This document shows positions 26,400 to 38,439 of a stretch of DNA of 64,000 nt, piece after piece; position 1 is the first letter of the stretch, and every line of letters starts with the position of its first letter. A program made the position numbers and the translations under genes. The stretch spans positions 2,418,001 through 2,482,000 of the forward strand of contig MU054212.1 of NCBI GenBank assembly GCA_013239625.1. Reading direction: 5' to 3'. This stretch comes from Lama guanicoe. Lineage: Eukaryota. The notes under the pieces were generated by a model. That model saw only the letters and a program-made list of their open reading frames with translations. It made no database searches and was not told the origin of the DNA.

Positions 26400-27260
26400 T
26401 TTCCAGAGCTCGTAAAAAGCCTTCTGCATTGCATCAGATTTTAGGCCCAAGCTCAGCGAAGTACAGTCCTTAGTAGAAGTACGAGTCATTGGCTTGATTT
26501 TCATATTTATGCAGCCGTGCTTAGTCTCTCTCACCGAGGGAGCTGCAGCACTCCACAGGAAGGAGAGGTCTTTTCAGACCTTCAGGGAGGACAGCCTAGT
26601 GGCATTTAAGCTGCCTTTGATCGGCTAAGGTGATTTGATTCCCACTAATAACTAATAAGAGCTGTTAGGCAAATTGGATGGTATTTATAATTCTAATTTG
26701 TTTTACTCTGTGACTCTAGGAAACATCATTGTGGTAAATGTATTGAAATGTCAGGGTTATCACTTGCCACATGAAGTTTATTTTATTTTTTCCCCCCACT
26801 GAACAAATGCCAGCAGCTTAGCCGGCTTGAGCCCAAGCTTATGTGAACCAGTGATCCAGGCAGCCTCTGGCAGCTCCGAGTGGCCATTTGGCCTGCCCGA
26901 GCTTACGCTGCATAGATTCCCCGGGATGGCCTCCAACTTCAGGGTAGTCGGAGACTTTTCAGCGCTGCTGGGGCCCCATGTCATCCCGCAGCAGCAGGCT
27001 GCTTCCTAAGAAGCTGGCTCCTCTTGCTGTTCCAAGAGGGAAACTTGAATACTGTTTTGGCAGCTTTGCAGCACCATTCACTCTCTCCCTGTGGCTGAAG
27101 AAAACTTTTTGAAAGTGCTAGGAGCACTGGTTTAGAATCTTCGTCCAGAACGACTTTGAGAAAAGCTGCCTTGAAAGTTGGGACTGACTTCTTTGGCTGG
27201 CTCCGCTGACGAGCCAGATGCCACTTTTTTCTGCAAGGTACGTGCACATGGGAAATACGG
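26400..27260. promoter_or_regulatory. Unique CpG-enriched block: candidate exon, alternative promoter or conserved element
   Basis: About 14 CpG in 26821-27260, against a CpG-poor background. TCF/LEF site CCTTTGATC at 26614-26622. + strand donor AAG|GTACGT at 27237/27238. - strand acceptor at 27232-27231. - strand AATAAA at 26777-26787. No repeat similarity seen. Confidence 0.45.
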
Positions 27261-27789
27261 CTCCAAGGACAATGTCCAAGGAATGATAGCTCAGATGCAC
27301 CAACAGCTTCTTCTTCAACAGAACTTCAGTCCTATGAGTGCAAATCTGCTGTCCACAGAACACAGAGATCAGTTTCAGGAATCCTCAGCTGCTGTTCATG
27401 GTTTTTTCCCATGCACTAGTGAATTTGACCAGATGACACAATTAAGTATGCTTCTTTAAACGTACGTTGTCAATGGCTTTATTAGGGATGCGTGTTACAT
27501 TTCCTGTGAGATCTTGTCTTCCAAATAAAGAAAGTAGGTGCGATGGAAGGAGACTGGTCAACCAAGACTGACAAGCAAACCAGAATTCTATGATGCTCTC
27601 TCCCATCAGCCAGAATTCAGCTCTCAGTGCCTTGGTTTATGGGTCTGAACAATACAAAGCTTGTAATACCACCTCCTGGCTTGAGTTCATCCATATTGTA
27701 AGGAATAGACTTTTAAAATTAATTTGTTTTCATTTTGCTTTTGATTTGGAAGGCTTACTAGTTTCATTTTGATTTAATTTTGTTTCATG

Positions 27790-28240
27790 ATTACATAGAA
27801 CATATACGTAGCTCAAAACTCAGTCCTACAAAGCACTGGTCCCATCTGCTCTGTCCTTTCCTCCCCGTAGAGCTAATTATTTTTATTAGCTTTTGGTTTA
27901 TCCTTTCATTATTTAAGTACAAGCAAAATATTTCTATATTATTATCTCACACCTTTCTTAGATACAAGATAGCTTACCAGATGCACTGTTCTGCACTTTG
28001 CTATTTCTATTTATCCAGAAAATCACTCCATAACAGTATATATGTATATATAGGCATCCCACATTTACTTTTATAGCCGCATAGTACTCCATTGTGTAAC
28101 TGTATCTTAGTTTAGTCATGTAAACCTTTGTTGATAGACAATGAGTTGTTCCTAGTCTTTGGAAATTATAAGGAGTGCAACAATGCCTTGTGTATATATG
28201 CTTTCATATCTTTGCCATACAATCTTTGGATGTGATATAA
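27790..28240 (-). mobile_element. Old L1 (L1ME-like) 3' fragment
   Basis: 'cactgttctgcactttgc...ttttatagccgcatagtactccattgtgt...ttgatagacaatgagttgttcc'. Confidence 0.75.
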
Positions 28241-29852
28241 AGGCACTAAGCACAGAGACATGATTAAGATAAAGCTCCTGCCTTGGAACTATCTCACTCT
28301 TATAGGGGAGATGGCACAAAATCAAAAAGTCATCGTACAATAGTTAAATGCTATTAGAAAATAACACACTAAGTTTTTCCTACCACTATCTACCTATAAA
28401 CATAGATTGTTTTTATAATAGAAAAAATACATTTCATACTTCTAAAAGTCTTCAGAGCTGAATATGTGCCACTTGAACCAGCCCTGATTGTTTGGAACTC
28501 CAGGAACTTAGCATCTGAAGTCCATGAGGGCAAGGTTCATTCATCCTTAGTCACTTCTGAAGTAGGATGGAAATGCCATTTCCCTTTGAAGTTTGCAACT
28601 CTGAGTGTGTGTATCTTCTCATTCTCAAGGCAAAGCAAAAACAAATGAACACAAAGGAAAGGAAGGTTTGCATTATCATTGCTAGACACAAGTGTGTACC
28701 CCTGTCACTTCTCGTTTCTAAGTCCTCTTATCACCTAACCACACCAATGCAGGGACCTTGGAAAAACTACTGTCGTTTCTTTTTAACCTCTTTAAGTTCT
28801 TTCATTTATTGAAGGTCTTGCATGTCATGTCCTGGGCTAAGTACTTGAGGAAGAGGGAATTAATTAAATTATCCCATTTAGCATTGAGGGGTAAACAGTT
28901 CATCAGAGAGGGCCTCTGCCAAAGACCTCTAACAGAAAATACTTCTTTTATTAAAAACATTCTGGCATTCAAAAATTAAGTCCATCATGACCAACTTGGG
29001 GATAAAGAATAAATTCAAGATGGTGCCATTAACTATAACATAACTGGATATTTCATCACCCAATACTTGCTCCAGATACACTTCATTTTTCATATATTCT
29101 CAGCAAAAACTAAAATTCAACATATCCCCTGCAAGATTTAAAATATCATAATATTTTCTCACTTCTCAAGAGAATACTCCTTGGTACAGATGTTGAGAAA
29201 AGTGTGAGCTGCAGAGAGTGATTTGACAGTTGGTATATGGAAAAGCCTCAAAGAATGACGTATTTTGATAGAACGTAAATCACATGAGACTGGATCAACT
29301 TCTGGAGACAATCTCATTAAAATGGAACTGCAAGGGATCCTATTCAACAAGTTTTTCCATCAAGAAAAATAAAATTAAAACTTTGATCAACAACAGTGTC
29401 CCCCACATGTAACTAAGAAAGATGATTATCCAACCTCAGTTTCTTGCTCAATTTCAGCCTCTATCTCAGAATATATCATGTTCCCCTTCTATCAGATTAG
29501 ACACTGTTTGCTTATTACATATTAAATGTTATTTAACATCTAATTTCTCTTCAGAAAAACAGATCCAAACATACTTTTCTATTCCAAAGAAAAATATATA
29601 AGCAATATCCCCTCTTCTCTCCCAACAGCTGTTCATAGCTCTGTTTTATTTTTTTCTTAGCTCTATTTTAATTCAAATTTGAATCATACTTCCATTAGTA
29701 TGAATTAGAAATGCACAATCAAATGTATTTGAATTTTATTTTATATAAACCCCTTCAAACCACAACTTCTAATGGATCCATGACTATAAAACTCCAATTT
29801 GTAGAGTCCCCTGCCTCTAAACCTTCAGAGAGTGTTATTAAATTCTGTTATT

Positions 29853-30408
29853 TGTGATGGTTAATTTTATGTGTAAACTTAACTGAGCTAAGGAATTCCC
29901 AGATAGCCGATAAAACATTATTTCTGGGTGTATCTGTGAGGGTGTTCCCAGAAGAGATCAACATTTGAATCATTAGATTGAGTAAAACAAGACTGCCCTC
30001 ACCAATGCCGGTGGGCATTGCCCAATCTGTTGAGGGCGTTAATAGACCAAAAACACAAAGGAATGGGAAGTTTGCTCTTTCACTAGAGTGAGGACATCCA
30101 TCTTCTCCTGCCCTTGGACACTGGTGCTCCTGGTAATTGGGTCTTCGGTCTCAGACTGGGACTTACATCATTGCCCCTCCCTACCCCCATCCTCAGGCCT
30201 CTGGATTTAGACTGGGATTTACACCATTGGCTCCTCAGGTTCTTGGCTTCTGAAATAAATGGTACCACTGGCTTTCCTGGTTCTCCAGTTTACAGACACA
30301 ATTCATGAAACATCTTGGCCTCCACATGAGAAAGTTCCTGCAATAAATCTTCTCCTACATGTACATATCTTATTGGTTCTGTTTCTCTGGAGAATCCTGA
30401 GTAATACA
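29853..30408 (+). mobile_element. ERVL solo LTR (MLT2, MLT2D-like)
   Basis: Canonical ends 'tgtgatggttaattttatgtgt' and 'tattggttctgtttctctggagaatcctgagtaataca'; internal 'taaaacattatttctgggtgtatctgtgagggtgtt'. Confidence 0.92.
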
Positions 30409-30464
30409 ATTAACAAGTATGAAAGATACATCCAATTGAAAAGTTTTATTGGCTACATTTTTAT

Positions 30465-32140
30465 GCATTTTATTTATCAACATATGTTTACAGCATACCT
30501 ACTGGTGTCAGACATTGTGCTAGACACTGGGGACAAATAAGACATAGTCACTGATCTCACGGAAGCCTTGTCTAATGCAGGAGAGAGATGTGTGGATAAA
30601 CAATCACAATGCAGCGAGATTATGGTTTGTACAGGGGCCAATGGAGATGAGAAGAGAAGGTGCCTAGGAATGCATGGGGAATCATAAAATGTTTCATACA
30701 GGGTATTAAATTTGATATAAAACTCGGTTTAATGTGTAAGGGGTTACTGAGAAAAGGCATTCTAGCAGAGCACTCAATGTGTGAATGCCAAGACATCCAG
30801 TGCATGGGAAGCTGCGAGTGACTCAACACACTGGGGCCTCAGGTACATGAACAGAAGTGCTGGGATCTGAGGTGATAAATGTGGGCAAAGAAAAGATCAT
30901 GAAGGACACAGAGAAGTGGCTGTCTCAGGGGAGTCCCCAGAAGTTATGAGCAGGGTACTACCAAGACCAGATTTATATTTAAAAAGCATTCCTATAGCAA
31001 ATGGGAAGCTAAACTGGAGGAAAGCAAAACCAATAGCTTGGAGAGAATTAGGAGTCTCTGCTGTAGTCCTGGCTTAATTAATAAGGCATGAACCAAGCTT
31101 TAAAGAGGAGAGAAGTCACTGGATATATACTTAGGAAATAAGATTGTCAAAACTCAGTGACTTAGATAAGAAAGTGAGGAGAGAGGAAAGAATTGAAGTG
31201 GACTCCCAAATTTCTTGATAGACCTTGAGCTCTTGTTTAGCAATTTTATGTGGGGGATATTGTTACTTATGATTCTTGATGGTAAAAAAAAATTCCTATT
31301 AATTTGGCAAGCTCATCATTTTGAACCAATCAACTTGGGAGAATGAATTATGGCATGAAAGAAAGGAAAATTAGACAGCTTGAAGAACAGGGGTCAAAGT
31401 TACATCAACTTACATTCAACTGGTTTGTAGTGTCCCTAATCAAGACAATGCATTAGGAGATGGGGCAGACTTCGAAGGAATGTTGACTTTCATGAATTCC
31501 AGTTTGAGACGCTTGAGATTGAAAGCCTTCTTTTAGGTTCAGATAAGGGTGTTCTATAGGGAGTTGGTTAAGTGGATGTTGATCTCAGAGGAGAATTTTG
31601 AATAAAGATTTGGGCAACATCAGAGCATCAGTGGTAGTTGAAGCCACAATTAGGTCTAAAGTATACATTGCTATTCCTTAGTAGTACATAAAATTGGATC
31701 AAAATTGGTCAAATACTTTAAACAATATTCATTCATTCATTCACTCAATAAATAGTAACTGAACATTTCCTATGCAAGTATCTGAGTGAGGGGCTTGGGG
31801 TAGAACTGTGAATAAGACAATGTTCAATTTCATGACCTATATATTCTGACTGAGAATTCAGATGTTAAACTGGCTGCACAATATATTATTTAATAATATT
31901 TGAGATTTGGGCCACCAAGAAGAGATATACAACTTTTAACTGAAAATACAAAATGAGTTCAGGGCAAGATAGAGGATTTCAAGTAAGATTCTCTGAAAAA
32001 CTGCTTTGAGCTTTAAAGTTTTAAAGGTGAATTAACGGTAAAACAAAGGAAAGAGTGTTCCAAGAAGGAACAGCATGTGCAAAGGGCCTGGGACAGAAAG
32101 AATACGCCAGGATATGAAAGTCAGTGAGACAAGCAGAAAT
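30465..32140 (-). mobile_element. Two antisense L2 fragments (~30465-31670 and ~31725-32140)
   Basis: 'catttt...caacatatgtttacagcatacctactggtgtcagacattgtgctagacactgggg', 'attcattcattcattcactcaataaata', 'gaacagcatgtgcaaagggcctgg'. Confidence 0.8.
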
Positions 32141-34566
32141 GTATGTAAATACTCCACATTATAAAGTTGAACGAGCAAATATTTTCTTTGGGTAAATATT
32201 AATAAATATGATCATAATGTAGAAATATGAGATCCATACCATCTGGGGGCTTTAGGCCCCTTATTCAGAAACTCAAACTCCAGTTTGTGGGGAAAAAAAA
32301 AGAAACAGAAAAACCTACAAATATGGTTTGGAAACAGAACAGATTAATACAATGCCATCAAACTTCCCTTAGCTCTCTGTAAAGGCATGTTCCTAACAGA
32401 GAAGTCAAAAATCAATGTCTGATATGATTTCAAGGTCGCATCTAAATGGCAGTATAAACACTAAAGAAAAATACATTTTTACTTTTATAAACACTTAACT
32501 GCAAAATATCCTCTGAGCACTAAAAGTTCAGGAATAGACAAGATCAACCATATTCTCTTACTCAGGCCCATAAGAAGGTTATGCATTTGTTCCAGGCCCT
32601 TTAGCCTGGTGGTCCTGCTTTGTTATTGTCAATACCTAACTTCTAATGGGGTGTGGCTATGCCACATACATGCAAGTAATTACCTATAGCCATTTTATAC
32701 CCATAAAAACCAAGCCCAAAGGTAAGAATTGTACAATTTTGACTGGAATAATTACAAATACCAGCAACAAACATTCTCATTTCTCTTACTTCCAAGAGAG
32801 TTTTGGGCTGTTTCCTGAATTACTGCTTAAGTATCAACTTGCTTATGTCTATTTCAACCATTCAAGCCAAAGGTGGTAGCAGTTAGACGTTTAGAAGGAA
32901 CTTACACATAGCTCAGAGAATTCAAAACTGTCTGATGGAAAAGATAAACATTGTCTGAAGCATCGTGCCTTGCCTGACAGTTTTTGGAAATTTTCATAAG
33001 AACTTTCGTTGCATCTGACGGTTCACAAGGACATAGCTCTATCATCTCCACCCCCTAGTGATTTCATGTGTAATGGCTATAGCCCTCTCCTACACTATGC
33101 TGCAGACCTACACAGGGACCCACCAGAGACCTTCAGCATGTTGGGTTCCAGCAAGTCACAGGCCCAGAAGGGAAACACACACCAGCTTAGTCCTTAGTCA
33201 AAACCCAAATCCAGAGCTTCTCCACAATGTCATAAAAGCAAGACCATCACATTTGTGAAAAAAGCAGAGCAGACTGTAATGGGATCATTAAGATCAACCC
33301 GAAAGTATGTTCACAAGTATCATGATAGCATTGTGGATACTAATTGCTATCTAAAAACACCATTCCAGTCTAAGTGCTAGTATTAAGCAAGGGTGCATTC
33401 TGTCAAATGCTGTTTGGCCCATAATTGAAAGGTCATTAAAAATTCACTGAAAGGGATACTGGAAACACCATAGAGGACAAAAGGTGTATTTGAAGCTCCA
33501 GTCATTGTCAATGATGCCACAACAAGTGATAAGAACCAGGGGTCTAAATATGGCAGAATAGATTTGAAGGCAATGGTGCAGAGAGATTTTTTTTTTACAT
33601 GAATAGCAAGCCCAGGGCTGCCTGCTTGTGAGCTCTGTCAGCCACACTGTGATGAAGCATTGGTGGTCCCATGCACTTCCCAACGTAGACATGTACCTAC
33701 GGATTTACATCTTATGAATATTTGATCCAGCTAAAAATTTGAAAGAAAAAATCACCAGTCTCTGAATTATTTAATTGTTTTTGCCAAAGCCCTAGATTAT
33801 TTTTCCTGTAATAAAATAAAATGTATTAGGTGGGAAATGAGAGTCCAAAGAGGCAAATACCAACTAGAGCCCTAACAGCTGAGGTTCCAGCCGCACTGAT
33901 TTTCTTTACGACATAAGTGGTCTGCTTGGCTGAGAGCAGCAGAGGCTTGGGTCAATACTGTCATTCCTGCCTGCCAGCACTGCAGACTTCATGCATTCTC
34001 CTTTGAATTAACTTGACCACAGGCTATTTCTTGGAGGATATAATGAAGAAATTGGCCAAAGTTCCTGCAAGAGTTATAATGTTGATATGAATTCTTTAAA
34101 ACACATAAACAAGCCTTGAAGACTAGAAAGGTCATGGTGAAGGAAGCAAATTTCCTTCCTTTAATATTTATGGGAAGAAAAGAATTCAAATCTTGGAAGT
34201 GACTTGTGAGCATTAGCAATAGGTCAGGGGCAGAATTTTGCATGTGACCATGGGGACCAGACAGGTGACTAGTCTTTGGGAAGGACTGTGAGGAGATGCT
34301 GTAAGGTGCTGTACTCTGTGTGTATAAGGATGTATGTATGTGTGCATGCCTTGCTAATAGTGATATTAAAGAATTATAACTAAAAGAACTCATTATATGC
34401 TGAAAGTTCATAGAAGGATAGCAGATTTTAACACTAAGAAAGATAGGGTAAAAAAAAACTTTAATAAAAAACAGACATCAGGTATTTCTGTGGTCATTTT
34501 AGGGGATGTTGATGAGGAAAATCCTCAGAGAACTGTAAAAGTCATTGTGATATCCCAAAGAATGGA

Positions 34567-35078
34567 TGCGGTGCCAGGTGGACTCTAAAACCATCTCCGT
34601 TGTTCCATCTCCTGACACTCATGCCCTTGAGGCATCTTCCCACTGTGCACAGGTGGACTGTGACTTGCTTCTAACCAACAGAATCTAGCCAAGGTGATGG
34701 GATGTTTGTGGCTCCGTGTGTGATTGTGTTACACAAGATTGCATTGCCTGTCTTGTGAGGAAAGTCTCTCTCTTGCTAGCTGCCGGGAAGGCCCATATGG
34801 CAAGGGACTGAGACTGGCCTCCAGCTGACAGGCATCAAGAACCTCAGGCAGCCTACAAGGAACTGAATCTGGAAGTGGATCCTTCCCCAGTCAAGTCTCA
34901 GATGACTCTACAGCCCTGGCTGACACCTTGAGAGCAACCTTGTGAGACCATGAAGCAGAGGATCCCGATAAATTGTGCCCAAACTCCTGACCTAGTGGAA
35001 TTATGACATAGTAAATCTGTGTTGTTGTAAATGGCTAAGTTTGTGGAAATACTGTTATGTAAAACAAATTACTGATAA
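34567..35078 (+). mobile_element. MaLR solo LTR (MLT1E-like)
   Basis: 'tgtgacttgcttctaaccaacagaat...gccaaggtgatgggatg', 'ggcaagggactgag', 'cagccctggctgacaccttg', 'gctaagtttgtgg'. Confidence 0.85.
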
Positions 35079-35359
35079 GGCACCAATGGCTTTAACTGGG
35101 TTCTTTCATTCCTAAGGACTCCTCCTTTTTTCCACGTGATCTCCAATTACAGGAGATAAAGAAGATTACTAGGAAGCCACAGGGGACCAAATTTATATCA
35201 ACAATGTGACACACAGAAGAAATGATAGCCCTGGTACTTTGGGATCTCCATTTACCCTCCAAAGAGGGTGAATTCTGACTTTCTAAAGAAATGGTAACAA
35301 TTCATAATCCACTGAACACAAAAGAGCTTACAGATGTGCCAGCAAATGGGAGCAATTAG

Positions 35360-35560
35360 CCTATGGTACACTAGAAAGAGCTTTGGGGTCCAACAGGTGC
35401 AGGCTCAAATGCCAGCTTGACTCTTTACTAGGTTGGGCAATATACTGAGTCTCAATTTCCTCATCTGAACAATTGAAATACTCAAACCAACTCCAAAAGG
35501 TGTTGAGAAAAATGAGTTAAAAAACAACATTGGGATGGAAGGTAGTAAATAATAAAAAAA
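35360..35560 (+). mobile_element. MIR
   Basis: 'gaaagagctttggggtcc...ctgagtctcaatttcctcatctgaacaattg'. Confidence 0.75.
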
Positions 35561-35759
35561 AATACTAATTCTCTTTCCCTTTCTTTACGCCATAACATTA
35601 GTGCATCCTAGACTTAAGAAGGTAATATTTTTAAAATCAGTGAAAGTACAACACTAAAAAAAATGTGGCCTAAGAAGTACTGGAGGCACTAAAATTGAGA
35701 GTCTGATTATACAATTGTGAATAATGTTAACAAAGGAGAAACGCTTAAGAAATCCAGGT

Positions 35760-35762
<3 letters not shown>

Positions 35763-35806
<44 letters not shown>
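35763..35806 (+). repeat. Pure poly(A), 44 nt
   Basis: Counted directly. Confidence 0.97.
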
Positions 35807-35808
<2 letters not shown>

Positions 35809-35899
35809 AATGCTTAGAGAATTCTCCAGTAAGTTCAATTTTTGTAAAGCATGTGAATGAAAAGGAAAGGGGTTACATCATCAATGATTCAGGGGAGAA

Positions 35900-37170
35900 G
35901 AGGAGGAGAAGACAATGAAACCAGAAGAATGTCACAAAGTCCACAAGCCAGAAGTTAAGTTTGTCTGTTGAAAAGTACAAAGACAAAAAAAAACAAAAAC
36001 ACTTATTATGCTATGTTTGAAAAATAACACAGGTAGAGTCGCTGTTTGGGAAAGATGGTACAATATTATCAGATCGTACTAAAAAAACTACTTTTACTTT
36101 GCAATCATCTTTACTAAAGAGGGTGATCATCAAACAGAAAAGTGAGGAATAAACATAATAAAGACAAAACCAAAGAGTAGGAATGTGGAGATGATAGAAA
36201 AATTGTACTTTGGCTCAGGTAATTATTCCCAGGAGTAAGAGCTTGCAAATACAACTGGAGAGCCATTGTTGGTCATTTTGAGAAATCTCGTAGAACCAGA
36301 GAGGCCAAAGTAGGCACAAGTTTTAATTTTTAAATAGTAAACACTTCAGAATACATCTTGATACTAATTCCCAAGTAAATTCTCTAATGGATAATTAAAT
36401 AGACGGTTTGTAAGCACTTTGAGAGGAAAAGATTATCACTAGGAGCCAAAATGGGTTCACTAAGAAGACACCAAGCCAAACAAATTTCATTTATTTTCTA
36501 ACAAAGTTACTGAATTGGTAAATTAGAAGATACTGGAGGCATACTTATGAGGTCTGGAAATGAGAATTGAAAGAAATATTTTATGTTTAGCCTAGAGAAA
36601 AGGACTTGAGGGAAATGCTGTCTACAGATTTTTTCAGAGACTATGGGGTTTGAATCACTGAGCACGGCTGCATCCTTCATCTCGCAGCTTAGATGACCCT
36701 TGGGGAAGCTCTCTCTGATCACTCAGTTCAGATTTGATACAGTCTTCTATGTTGCTAGAGCACATCTATAATTCCATTATCAAAATGTATTATGGTTATT
36801 CGCTTAATTGCCTACCCCTCCAATGGAATGTAAGGCAAGGACCAAGTCTGTCTTTTTCATTGCTTTATCTCTGGGGTCTAGCACTGCACCAGATAAGTAT
36901 TGGGTACTATATTAATACTTGCTAGCAGAATGAGTAACTAAATAAGTGAATGAAAAATATTTATATGTCATAGAGATATAATTTTCATCTAAATGTAAGA
37001 AAGAACTTTCTTATACTTAGGCATCTTTAAGATTCCTTCAAAATTTATAAATTCCTTATTCTGAAAGTGTTCAAGAATAACATGAAAAACCAATCATCCA
37101 TATGGTATTTTGTACAGTGGAATGGAAGTTCAATTAGCTGAACTCTAAACTCCCTTCTGACTCTATAATC
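35900..37170 (+). mobile_element. CR1/L3 LINE relic (ORF2) split by an L2 insertion
   Basis: 'cattttgagaaatc', 'aattaaatagacggtttgtaagcactttgag...atcactaggagccaaaatgggttcactaagaa...gccaaacaaatttcattt', 'atgtttagcctagagaa', 'gtaagaaagaactttct'. Confidence 0.8.
36640..36955 (+). mobile_element. L2 3' fragment nested in L3
   Basis: 'gcatccttcatctcgcagcttagatg...gaatgtaaggcaagggacc...tctagcactgcacc...aagtgaatgaa'. Confidence 0.75.
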
Positions 37171-37399
37171 AAAGCCACATCACCTTTGACTATAAAATGG
37201 AGTCAGTCTCCAAGAAAAATCAAAATCCATAACCCCCAAATTCCAGACATAACAGATATCCTAAACAGTGATCTCCTATACACTGATTTTGCTCTTTTGG
37301 TGTTTCCTATCTGGTTTAGAACAGGACTTTGCCCAAACTGACAGTTAACAGATTTTCGATAAATAAATGGTCACAATAAATGTAGACTGTTTCTGAAGT

Positions 37400-37545
37400 A
37401 AAAGGATGATTAAGATATTCCTAACCACCTTGTTTCAGAGAGGAAGTGTAGCCCTAAAGGTTTTCATGATCTCTCAAAACTCACAAAGCTATTTGGGGCA
37501 GAGCCAAGACTTGAACCAGTTTACTACTATTTTCATTTCTCTAGA
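37400..37545 (-). mobile_element. MIR fragment
   Basis: 'cagagaggaagtgtagccc...ggcagagccaagacttgaacc'. Confidence 0.6.
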
Positions 37546-38161
37546 TTGCCTTGAAACTCTTTGCAAAAACAACTGAAGTCCAGAAACCCTGGGTTTCTTG
37601 GCCATCTGGGGACACGATAAGCATCTCTGTAGTCAAAAACCTAGAAGTCAAGTCACCACTGTAATAATTCCAAGAGAGATGTTGGACAGGACCAGAAGAG
37701 ACAACACACAGAAGCAAAGGAAAAATAAATTACCTTTTACCTCATTCACTGAACTTCTACCATCAGATTTGCTAAATTACGGAAAGACAAAATAGTAGCA
37801 GTAGTAGAAGTAATAATAATAATAATAATGTCATATTTTATGGCTCTATGGCAGTACATAACCCACGAATATAGCCGTAAATCTGAGAAAACTCATTAAA
37901 ACTCAATGTCTGATTCCACAACAGAAAAGACAGTGGACAAGAAACCATTTCTTGGTTACCCTGGTCAATGTGAACACAAATGTAGATAGATAGTAATAAA
38001 GGGGAATTTTTGGCCCAGTTTTCTTCTTGAATAAATGAATAAATGAATAAATATGTATATGGCAATGTAAGTTGACAATGAATTTTGGGGGCCCTTCCTT
38101 TTTCTATCTATACTTCTTTCTTTTCTTTCTATATTGCTCTAAATCACCACAACATTGCCAA

Positions 38162-38231
38162 ATTTTATACTCTATGGCTACAGACCACAGGTCTAGATTT
38201 TATACTCTATGGCTACAGACCACAGGTCTAG
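38162..38231. repeat. Perfect 35-bp tandem duplication
   Basis: ATTTTATACTCTATGGCTACAGACCACAGGTCTAG at 38162-38196 and 38197-38231. Confidence 0.97.
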
Positions 38232-38439
38232 AATCAATCGAAAAGATTTATCCAGTAATGTGTCCTAGAATGACAGTCACTTTATTTTCTTTTGCTGAAG
38301 CATTTGATGAAATGGCAGTTAAACTGCTGCATTTGTCCACTCAAAGGGTAATCACTGAATGCCCATCGCATGGTAGCCACTTTTATTACATATAGCACAA
38401 GGTGTAGACCCCACCCTCCAGGAGACATAACCAAGTATC

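Noticed and set aside
35724..35918. Poly-lysine ORF
   Set aside because: It is simply the translation of the A44 tract.
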